From NCBI RefSeq assembly GCF_001447785.1, contig NW_015166439.1, forward strand, positions 1 through 64,000: a stretch of DNA of 64,000 bases, in the 5' to 3' direction. Below the pieces are notes generated by a model that saw only the letters and a program-made list of their open reading frames with translations, did not search any database and was not told the origin of the DNA. Below are positions 44,501-56,500 of the stretch, in pieces (the stretch's first letter is position 1; the number at the start of each line of letters is the position of its first letter). The translations under genes were made by a program, and so were the position numbers. This DNA comes from Gekko japonicus. Its lineage: Eukaryota.

Positions 44501-47500
44501 GCCCTCTGTAAGCTGCCCTGAGCCCGCTTGCGGGGAGGGCGGGGTAAAAATACCTAAATAAAATAAATAAATAAAAATAAACATTAGGCCAGAGCTCAGC
44601 TGCTCTGTGCATGAAGCTACTGCAAGATATCAGCTGCCAGTCAGTTAATGCTATTTAGTTAGCTTCTAACACCCACCCTGTCGTGAAGCCTCTGGGTGAA
44701 CTGTGATAGACTTAAGCTCTTCTGCAGGTTGTTGTTATAACAATACATCTTCACTAATCTTGGGGGCCTTCAGGAGTGAGTGGACTATAATTTCAAGACA
44801 GGTAGAAAAATCATTACCTCTTGAGTATACAGCAGACTGCTTTCCCGGCTGAGTAACTACAGCCTGTCCCAGCATACATACACACGCTGGGACCTTTTCT
44901 CTTTAAGGGAAAAATTAAGCATTACAGGCACTAATCTGCAATTCACATTTTGTTCCTTCATACCCCAGGAAGAAGACTATTCAGTTCTTCACTCACTTTG
45001 GTGCCAGGCACATGGTGAGGGAGACGAAATAGCCATTGGAAAGCGAGAAAACCACCATGAAGAGGATGAACCAGGTATCGTGGTGGAAAAGCACAGGCAG
45101 GTAGGAGCGTTGAGGGATGTTGCACAACAGGAGCAGTGGGATGAGCAGCAGACGGAGGCCTACCACCACGGGAAGCACAGGCAGGTTCTTCTCAGGCTGG
45201 TGAGGGCAAAAACATCCTGTGTCAATTAGTCCAGTCTCATAGGCACCTGCCGCCACAATTCACCTCTTCTTAAAAAGAGGAGATTGGATTTATATCCCGC
45301 CCTTCACTACCCAAAGCAATTTCAGAGCAGTTTACAATCTCCTTTCCGTTTCTCTCCCCACAACAGGCATCCTGTAAGGTAGGTGGGGCTGAGAGAGCTC
45401 TAAGAGAACTGCTCTTGAGAGAACAGCTCTGAGAGAACTTGTAACTGACCCAGCATCACACTAGCGGCTGCATGCGGAAAAGTGGGGAATCAAACCCTGT
45501 TCTCTGTCAGATTAGAGTCCACACTCCTGACCACTACATCGAACTGGCTCTTGGTTAAAAGGTACAAGCAACAAAATACCACCTGCCACAGAGTAGCACA
45601 GATAGTCAGTTTGGTGTAGTGGTTAAGAACGCAGACTCTAATCTGGGAGAACTGGGTTTGATTCCCCACTCCTCCGCATGCAGCTGCTGGTGTAACCTTG
45701 GGTCAGTCACAGTTCTCTCAGAGCTGTTCTGGAAAGAGCAGTTCTCTCAGAGCTCTCTCAGCCCCACCTACCTCACAGGGTGTCTGTTGTGGGGAGGGGA
45801 AGGGAAAGGAGATTGTAAACTGCTCTGAGACTCTGAGTGAAGGGTGGGGTATAAATCCAATCTCCTCCTCCTCTTCTTCTAATCGCTCCAGTGCAGACAC
45901 TGTCCCCTAGCAATGCCATCATTTGACCAGTGTTCCCTCTAAGCTGAGCTAGTGTGAGCTAGCTCACAGTTTTTAGCCTCCGGCTCACACATTTTTGTCT
46001 TAGCTCAGGAAGGATGGCTCCAGAGCAAACTAATACATGCAGTAGCCAAATTGCTCGCTCACAGCTTTAATGCCAGTAGCTCACAAAGTAGATTTTTTTG
46101 CTCATAGGACTCCACAGCTTGGAGGGAGCATTGCACTTGACCCCTTCAAGGGCATCACTTACCCTTGCCAAAGAACATGTATGGCTGCTTTCAGATATCA
46201 TCTATTGCCTCCTGATAGACCATGGCTTGAGTAATAAACTTGAGTTAATCTATCTGACATAAAATAACAAACCCTTTGTTGTTGTAGTTCAGTGGCACAG
46301 TCGAGTCCGACTCTTCGCGACCCCATGGGCCAGATCACGGCAGGCCCTCCTGTCTTCTGCCGTCCTCTGAAGTTTGCTCAATTTCATGTTTGTTGCATCT
46401 ATGACACAGTCTAACCATCTCATCCTTTGCCGTTCCCGTCTTCTTTGACCTTCAATCTTTCCCAGCATCAGGGTCTTCTCCAGTGAGTGCTCCCTTCTCA
46501 TTTGGTGGCCAAAGTATTTGAGCTTCAGTTTCATTATCTGGCCTTCCAGGGAACAGTCAGGGTTGATTTCTTTTAGGATTGACTGATTTGATCTTCCTGC
46601 AGTCCAAGGGACCCTCAAGAGTCTTCTCCAGCACGATAGTTCAAAAGAATCTATTCTTCGGCGCTCGGCCTTCCTTATAGTCCAACTCTCGCAGCCATAC
46701 ATGACTACTGGGAATACCATTGCTTTGACCATGCGGACTTTTGCTGGCAGGGTGATGTCTCTACTTTTTATCATGCTGTTTAGGTTCACCATCGCTTTCC
46801 TCCGAAGGAGCAGGCGTCTTTTAATTTCATGGCTGCTGTCACAGTCTGCGGTGATCTGGGATCCCAGGAATGTGAAGTCTGTCAATACTTCCACGACTTC
46901 CCCTTCTATTTGCTTTTGTGTAAATTCAGTTTTTCTATTTTTTGCCCCTTCTCCTACTTCCCAGCAGAGAGGACAGTGTTCCTATAATGCTGCCTCTGTG
47001 ATCAAGTGTGCCAACATTCCTGACCCTTTGTGACCTTTTGAACCTTTTATTTATGTGTCACTATTTTTCTTCTGTACCTGTGTGCATGACGGAATAAGTT
47101 CTAGTCCACGTAAGCGTCTCACACAATAAGCCTTTGAAAGGTGCCCCAAAACTCCTTCTGGTTCCTGCCACAACCGACTAACCCAGCTACCTCTCTGGAA
47201 TTCTTGCAGGCTTCTGGCTGATGCTGCCTACACCAGGATGGAGCAGAACCCAAGTAGGGGGACGCCAGCCCCACTCACCCACCCTTGCTCCATCACTTAC
47301 CCAGAGGAAATACGTGGTGGCACTACGGCCGAGCCAGTCCATGACATTGAACAGAAGGAAGCAGCAAATCGGAGTGAAGAATTTCCCTGGGAGGTAACAA
47401 GAAAAACAGATTTATAATGCAAATGGGGGACTGGAAATGCAACTCTTATTAGAAGCTGCAATCCAAATTCAGATCAGAGAAATGACTAACTCAGAGACAG

Positions 47501-50500
47501 AAGACTTTTCTTAAATCCATGGTTTCCCCAGGAGGAGTCTGGGTCAGCACAAACAAGCATTCCTATTGGAGAAAGTCACATAATGAACCCATTGAATATT
47601 TGGTTTCCCGTTATAGAAAAAATCAACATCGATAAATTCGACTGGGAAACGATAAGAAAAGCAAAATTTAAGCTGCTATTGTATAATTAAATCTGTCTTT
47701 GAAGGTATTTTTTAATACAGTTTATCGTTAATCTTTTGATGTTACTAGCATAACTTGAACTCGTTACTTAACACCTATTTTTTTCCTCTTATTTGATATT
47801 GTATATCCCATTTTGTGAACATAGCAATAATCTCTCTATGTTTGTTGTTTTATTGATTATTGTTTGTTTGTTTTCAAAAATTTTCAATAAAATTTTTTTA
47901 AAAAAAAAAAAAAGTATTCCTATTGGTGCAGGAAACTTGTTTCCCAGCATTTGAACAAGTAGTTGTAGTCACTAGAAAACAGAGAATCTTCTCCCACCAA
48001 ACATCACTGCTGTGCAAGCTTGGCTGTGGGGATGGCATTAATGTGAATAGTACGCATGAAGCTTTCTAACAAGTCTGCTGGGGGGGGGGAGGAAATATTA
48101 ACCACCATTTTGGAGCTCCACGTGCATGGGATACTGCAGGTGCAACTGCAGAATGGTGCAAATAACCCCCCCCCCCCAAACCAGACTCGTTAGAAAATGT
48201 AACATCTTCTTTGGCCCAACTCACAGAGAAAGGGTCTGTCAGAGGCTGCTAATGGGCCTGTGTGTTAATACTCAGGCATGCTGGACTGTGCAATCTGGAT
48301 ATATTTATGCAAAATATGTACATCTGCATCCCTTTGCATATCCCCCTTCCCTCCTTCCTGTTGCCTCGGGAACTCTCCTCCTTAGCACACTGATTTTTGT
48401 CACTTTAGGTCATTTGCTCCCAGAAAAGGGCCTAAAGTGGCTGTCAAGACAGAGACCATCTTAAAGAAATTTTCTAGTCTGTTCAAGCCAAACTTTACTG
48501 TTCTCTGATTTAGTGCATGTGCTAGTCACACACACACCCCACACACACACTAGCAGATATGCATCAAGGTTGTCCATCTAGGCCTGTCAATTAAGATCAC
48601 ATTGTTCAGCTGTGAATCTGGTGTAGGGATGCCATTACCCAGTTGGGGGTGAGGGGTGCCCCGATTTTCGGGCCTCTTCCGTGCCACCTGCTAGCTGGCC
48701 GGTGGAGGGAAACCCTGCCCCCAAAGGCAAAGTAATGATGTCACACAGAAGTGACATCATCATGTCAGTGACGCAGCATGGCAACACTGGTATTTTGGGC
48801 AAAACTCTATGGTTACCATAGAGTTTTGCCCAAAATACCAGAGCATCGCCACACAGCATCGCCAACGTTATGTCACTTGTGCTTGACATCGTTACGTTGC
48901 ATGCTCTCCCCCACTCCTGGAAAGTCCCTTCCCCACTGCTGGGTCCATCCGAACTGGCAACCCTAATCTGGTGTTGGAGGGGGGAACTCGCTCTCATCCT
49001 GGAAGGTACCATGGATATGGCCCAGTGATTGGTTAAGGAAGTCAGGAGGTTATAGCTTGCAATCTTCTATAAATATGGTTCGTGAGAAGAAGTCTTACCC
49101 TTGCTTTTACCCTTTCCTCCCCATTCCTCCATGCTGCCAAGAAGATATTTGTATTATGCCCTAGGACTCTTTGCTTCAAGAACCAACTGGGCTGTGTTAG
49201 GACTCCAGTAAAAGGTAGACAGGCCCCGGTCACATGGTGCATTAGCCACGCTAGATAGGCGGATTTTCTGGGCGCGGTCTCACCGCCACATCTGGGAAGC
49301 GTAGAACTCCCGTGGCTCAACCGAGGCTTCCTGCCGAAGATGCGCGGCTAAAAACTAGTACCTCAGAGGTACTAGTTTCTGGAAACCACAGGGCAAGGGC
49401 GGGCGTCTGATCGCGTTTCTGGTGGCATCTGTCGCCCGCCCATGCCCCATTGCGAAAAGGTTGTTTTTTCCCCGAAGTCTCCAGAGATGCGCACAAGCAC
49501 CCAACGGGGCATGCGCATACTTCAGGTTAAAAAACCCACACACAACCCCGTTTGCTGTGCTGCGCCACTTCTTTGGTGCGTCATGTGATCGGCACCTCCC
49601 CCCTAACCATGGGACCTTGACGGGACTGCGAGAGGACGCCTGATTGCGCAGTCGCGCGTTATGTCGCTGCGGGGCAAACAGCCACGCCTCCCCCCCGCGA
49701 TATCCAGCCTGTGTGACCGGGGCCACAGTTAGCTTTCTTGTTTTTCTGTGCATGTTTACTGCCACTGAACTATATACCTTATTTTTACACCTTTTATTGA
49801 ACTTTTATACCTTTTATTGAACTTCTTCAATAAAAATCTTCTGTTGCTTTATTGTGCGTGTCTTAGTTGGGGAGTTACTGAGATCAAACCCAGTTACAGC
49901 TTGGTTACCTTACCACACCAAGGCAGGGACAGCCTTGACAGAGGCAAAAACAGTGAGATAAGGAGGAGGAGAGTTCTGTTTTTTCCTCACACCCATTTTA
50001 TCATAGACTTGGTCCTCAGTTAAGACCTTTGTGTCCCACCATGAAGAGCTAAAATGAACAGACCCTCAAGCTCTGTGAGGTTACTGCTGAGTTTTCTTAT
50101 GGTTTTCAGTTCTGCCATTTTCTGCTGTGACTATAATTATCTCCTTACTTGTAGTGGCATCCATGTTTGTTATCTCCACACTGCTTTATGACAGTGGAAA
50201 AGCAGTATAGAAATGTGGAAAGAAAGAAAGGAGAGCAAGTTTTCCAAGGCTCTTCCTTGCAAGAGGAAAATGTCACATGCCTCAGGGGAAAGGAACACCT
50301 AGAATTCTTGGTGGTTACCCCCCACCCTACCCCCCGTTCCACCCCATTCGCCTGCAGAGATGGGGATGCAGCTCTCTAGACCAGCCTTCTCCATCCAGGG
50401 CTCTTTTTGTAGCAGGTACTCATTTGCATATTAAGCGACACACCCCTAATGTAGCCAATCCTCCAAGAGCTTACAGTAGCTCCTGTAAGAAGAGCTCTGT

Positions 50501-53500
50501 AAGCTCTTGGAGGATTGGCTACATTAGGGGTGTATGGCCTAATATGCAAAGGAGTTAACTCCATCCCTCCCCTCTCAAAAGGTGTCCATCACTCACTCCA
50601 GGTTTTGTTGTCAGACACGCTGGTCACACTGGAAGTAATGGCAGGAAACACGGACAGGGTGACAGAGAAGACCAAGACAATACACAGGGCCAGCTGCCAG
50701 ATCTAAAAGAGAAGGCAGAGTTAGTCCTGGCTGTCACTGAGGCCGTCCACCAGAGTCCAGGCGGCACCACTTCAGGTGGCAGAGAGAGGGCCAACAGATG
50801 AGGCAGAAGTCCCAGGGGTTCACCCCAGAGACGCAGCACCACTTAAAAAAAAAAGTGAGCTCCCAGCTGGGAACTCCTTTCAATGGTGCCACAGGCACTT
50901 CTTGCGCCATTTTGAGTTGGAAAAGTGGCATGAGGAAGAAAGATAGGACCTCCCCCTCTCACTCTACAGTGGTCCTGCCCAAAATCAGCCCCCCCCCCCC
51001 CCCCCGCCCCCCCTTCCCCAAAGCATCACGGTCACTTTTTTAAATGGCAGCGCGTCCCAGGAGTGAACCTGGGAGCGTCTATCTTATATAGTTTGGCCCA
51101 GGGGTTCTTCCCTATGGCTCCCCCCGCACAGAATACCAGCAAATCAAGTAGAAGAGCAAAGACAGAGGTGGGGAAAGCCCTGCTAGGTAAGCTTGCAGCA
51201 GCTGAATGAGATGTGCCTGAACTTGTTCTCCTCTGCTCACTGGTACTTTAGGTCTGGGTTTGCCAGAGGCTTCAGCCAATGGAAAAGAGCCAGAGAACTC
51301 TTGTCATAGCCTAGAGTTGGGCACAAGATCTGCTGGGAGAGAGAGCGGATGGGGGATCTGCTTTGCACTCACAAGTTCCGCCCCCCGCATTCTCCTGTTT
51401 GTTTCTATTGTAACATTTTTAAAAAATTTAAGTTGCTTGGAGTCCCTATAGGGCAGAGAAGTGGGGTATTTTAAAAAAGGGTTCTCTCGCCTAGACATCT
51501 CCATGACATTTTTTAAAAAACGTAAACCCCGCTTTTCTTTCCAGTGGAGACTTAACATCTTTCTTCTCTCCTGCACTTTACCTTGACCGCCCTGTGAAGC
51601 AGAGTTAGGTTGAGAGACAAAGAGAGAGGTTGTGACAGTCCCAAACCCACCCAAGTGAGTTCCCATGGCAGAGCAGGGATACAAACTTGGTTCTCCCCGA
51701 TCCTAGTGCAACCTTCTGACCACTGCAGCACACCGGTATTTTTCTGAGAGTCATTTTTCTATGGAGGAGCCATCCAATTATATAAGCCCATGCCTGCTGC
51801 ATGAAACAGTTTATGCCCAGAGAGAGGCTGACAAAGTCTGAGACACCCATATGGAGCCCCAATGCTCCATTCCAGACCCACCTTCCCCAACCCAGGAAAG
51901 GATCTGTTCTAAGTTTCAGCTGAGTTATATCCAGCCCAGGTCTGGAAGCTATCAAACCTGCTACAAGGGGTCCCTTGGGCACAATGCAGTTTTGAGAATG
52001 GATCCTGTTTTGGAGGCAACTAACAAACGTGGGAGCAAAGCAACCTCCTCGTCTCTGTTGGGGCCGCTTTCAAACATGTGCAGGAAGTTGTGGCTGGGTG
52101 ATACTATTTTTTCTTTTCTCCACGATCATACTTCCTGGTTATAGGGAAATGCACTGAGTATTGCCTGGACGCTGGAGTACAGGCAGCATCTATCATCTCA
52201 GTGGTCTTCCGCCTTTCCAGACTACTCTTTTGGCTCTTGCCCAAACCTGGTGGAGCATGCTCCCACCCAAGACCATGGCCCTGCGGGATCTATTACAGTT
52301 TCGCAGGGCCTGTCAAGTGGAGCTGTTCCGCCAGGCTTCCGGTTGAGGCGGCAGGCGTACCACCATTCTGGCCTCCCCTGTTCATGGCCCCTTCCCAGAC
52401 TTTAGAGAACATTACTTGGGGCCTGGAGCTTCTTAATCACTTGAAATGAGGCATGGGTACTTCCTGTTATCGCAGGGCTCTTTTTGTAGCAGGAACTCCT
52501 TTGCATATTAGGCCACACCCGCTAATGTAGCCAATCCTCCAAGAGCTTACAGAGCTCTTCTTACAGGGGCTCCTGTAAGCTCTTGGAGGATTGGCTACAT
52601 TAGGGGTGTGTCACTTAATATGCAAATGAGTACCTGCTACAAAAAGAGCCCGGATCTGTTGCTTTATTGCTTTTATCGCTTTCACTGTTTTATGAATCTT
52701 ATGTGATAAGCCGCCCTGAGCCCACTCGTGGAACAGGGCGGGATATAAATAAATAAATTAATTAAATAAATTAATAATGAGCAGCATGCACATGTCTTCA
52801 GAGTTATGTGGCGGAAAGGGAGGCAGTTAAACCAGTGTCAAGGCCAGCACTGTGAACAGCAGACCAAGACCGACAGGAAACACAAGCTGAGCACCCAGAG
52901 GTGTACCGCAGTGAAAAACAACCTAAGCCTCAGAACCACAGAAGACTCCTCTCTACTGTCGGCTGAACCACACCTCACTGTCCTGTCGTAACAGAGATAA
53001 GCAGCCGCAGCAGGAAAAACTGACTGTGCTTCCCAGGAGGCCGCTTCTCCTCCCATAAGGCATCAAGCTCCCCGCCACATCCCAAGTTGCCGCCCTCAAC
53101 TCCTACCTTCTGGAGCACACCAATCACCGATGGCGTGGGTGTGGCCAGGCCTGCCCCATTTGTCCCGTTCATCACTTCAGAGGAACACTTGACTTCTACC
53201 TGTTCCGGAGCCGAGATCTTTCCGTTGCTCACGTGTAATGGTTCTTCTTGGGAGCTCTGTGGCACAGCAGTGGTGCCCTCCTCTGGAGACACAAGGGAAG
53301 AGAAAGGCTCTTGCGATCAGGGCGGGCTTTAGAGACACTACCCCTCCCCTTAACTACAGCCTCTCCTTGGCTGCCAGTCCGATGCACAGACTAGCCACCA
53401 AGGTACAACTTGCTTGCTCCGGAATAAAAACAAATTAAGAAATATTAACTGGGTGCCTGCCCTGCCTGCTTCCTTGTTCACCCTGCCCAAACCCGTTCTT

Positions 53501-56500
53501 TCCCTCTACTGTGCCCTGACCTGAATGACCTGAGTGCCCTGCCCAATCTCGTCAGATCTTGGAAGCGAAGCAAGGTCAGCTCTGGCTAGGACTTGGATGG
53601 GAAACCACCAGGGACGTCCAGGGTCACTACACAGAGGCAGGCGACAGCAAACCACCTCTGTTCGTCTCTTCCCCTGAAAATCCTACAGGGCCACCGTACG
53701 TTGACTGCCACTTGAGAGCCCTTTCCACCACCACTGTGCTCTGCAGGGTGATCAACAGTATCCCACGAAGCACTGTTGCTGCAAAAGGTATTTGCATTAG
53801 CCGGCCAGCTTAGTTTTATTTAATAATTGCTGCTGGACTGATTTGGCAATTACTGATTGTCTGTTTCTGGGATCTGATTCGTCAGTGTTTAAATTTGTTT
53901 TCACTGATCCTCCCCCCCCCCCTTAAAAAAAAGAAGACACTTGCATCTTTCAAATAATCTATTTGTAACTTAGAATCACTGCAAGTCAACTTTGGGGCCT
54001 GTTTCTATGGTTAAAAAAAACAACAGGGTAAAATCTAAACAAATACAAAAGAAAAAGCTAGGTGCTGTCGCTGTGGACCGACTAGTACACAGCAGTAGTG
54101 TACATTTAGCAAAGGGAAAGCCAACAATGGCCACTTGTGGAAGAAAGACCTTGGATATTTCTCTAGAGTCCAAAGCAAACAGAGGGAGGCTTCTGTATAA
54201 AGGTAACATGCACATCAGCCCCCTCCCCCACGAGCAATGTTCCCTCTAAGCTGTGGAGTCTTGCAAGCAGAAATTCTACTCTGTGAGCTATTGGCCTTAA
54301 AGTTGTGAGCGAGCGATTTGGCTGTTGCATAAATTAATTTGCTCTGGAGCCATCCTTCCCGAGCTGAGACAAAAATGTGTGAGCCGGAGGTTAAAAAACT
54401 CAGCTAGCTTACACCAACTCAGCTTAGAGGGAACACTGCCCATGAGCATTTCAAAGTGAAGTCCAGCAATCCCGTTTCCTCTTTCCTTTGACAGTGCCCA
54501 CCTGGGGGGAGAAGCCCAGCCTTGGTCTCCAGTTCGTAACCTGGATCTTCCTGGTATCTCTTCTTCAGGTAGTGACGGGCAAAGTCCTGGAAGGAAAGGA
54601 AGGGAAGGGAGGAAGGGAAGGGAAGGGAAGGGAAGGGAAGGGAAGGGAAGGGGAGGGAAGGGGAGGGAAGGGGAGGNNNNNNNNNNNNNNNNNNNNGGGA
54701 GGGAGGGAGGGAGGGAGGAAGGAAGGAAGGAAGGAAGGAAGGAAGGAAGGAAGGAAGGAAGGAAGGAAGGAAGGAAGGAAGGAAGGAAGACAGTTTCAGT
54801 CAGACTACACACTTTCTTTCACACACACCCTTCATCTCTCCACAATCTGTGATTAGTTTCACACACAACATGAATTGTGCATACGTGTGGGGTATGTGCA
54901 GGCAGACAGTGGATCCTAATTATCTGCATACCTTTGATCACACCTTAAACTGAGAGCTTGTGAGGAGTGGGTAGCTAGGGTAATAGCAGCAACAATAATG
55001 GAATCTGCACAGGAAAACAGGAATGAAATTCCTCCTCAGCCACAAAGCTGACCCACCGTGGAAGGTTGTAGTGAGCATAAAATGGGATTATTTGCACTCA
55101 TTACAGGAGGGGAGAAGATGCAAACCTGGGAGTCCAGGGGCGGGAAAAGACATAAGCAACAGTAAAACCAAGAGAATCAAAAGGTCCACCGGCTATAAAA
55201 TAAGCACATTCAAATTGCTTCCTGGTAGCTTCAGGGCAGTCGTTCAAGGCTGACTCAAGTGTCGGAGGATCTCCAGAATGCACTGAATCTCCTGATCTGG
55301 CTGCTCAAAATGGAGAGATTCTTGAGCAAGCAGGAGATAGCACTGTTTTAAGCTCATTGCTCCGCCCCTTCCAACAACACACTCATTCCCCCTCCAAGGG
55401 TTTTCAGAAAACCACACGCTCTTTTCCAATCTCATTTCAGTGCCAGTTCCTGTCCTCAAACTCACAGAGAAACCCAAACCCTCTCATTTTTGGTAGTGAC
55501 ACCCCTCCCCTCCTCTACCTGGCTGTTGTGCATCCTACATGAAGCAGGGTGATTTAGCAAATGCAAGCCAGTGCCATTGGTTTGCATGCACCAACTCACA
55601 CAGCAGAACCAGAGGTTCCAATTTCAGCACTGGGGCTATTTTAGCATGATGCACTTGTGTATTCACACACATGAAAAGGAGTGCCAAACTTGGCACATCC
55701 CGACCACCGTCTCTTGCCAAACTACACAGCCGATCCTACCATTCAGCAGAGTCAGGCTCTCGGATAGCAAATCTGGAGTGACACAAAAGGGCAGAAGTCT
55801 GCCTGCAATTTAATTTACCACCATGCATTTTCTTTTTACTGGTCTTCGGGGAAAAGCATTTGAGTTTTCCACCTTGAGGACCCAAAACACCTGGGGGCTA
55901 GTCCTATGGAACTCATGCATCTTCCAGGTTGCGGCCACACATCCCTTCATCCCAAGCAAACTGCCTCCCCTTATAGCGGGGAAGGGCTTCACCTCACCTT
56001 GTGGGGGAGCACGAGGTAACAGATGATCGAGATAAGCGTCCCAAAGCAGGGAGTGATGAAATAGCTCAAAGCAGAAGTCTGAGCATCAACACCACCTGAA
56101 AGGCCAGAGAAAAGGGGTGTATGTGGGGGTGGACCAGTCGTCAGAATATCTCCCACCTCGTGGCCTGGTGGGCAAAAGCGTACAAGGAGCAGAGTGAGGG
56201 GACTCAGAGCTAGAACTTGCTCTATTTTTCCTATTAGAAAAACAGACCTAAGAACTGGTCATCATCTGACTGTTGCCTATGAGGCTCTCCCAGCCACCGG
56301 CTGACGCCACGGAACGTTCACAAATATTCTAACCCTTCTGGGTGGGGTTGGCTCTGACGGTAGGCTGATGAATGGGTCAGCTCTGGCAAGGAAAGACTTG
56401 GATGGCAGAACAGAATCACCAGGAGCCTGGAGTGGGCAGAAAGGAGGGTTGAGCAGGCAGGGAGCAGGCAGGGAGCCTACACAACTAGCAGCATAGTGAG

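Larger units (their letters stand above)
48442..49940 (+). mobile_element. Solo LTR (Ty3/Gypsy-like) carrying two DNA-transposon insertions
   Basis: TGTCAAG...CTTGACA termini; TSD GTGGC / GAGGC; internal TATAAA (~49068) and AATAAA (~49829). Confidence 0.65.
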
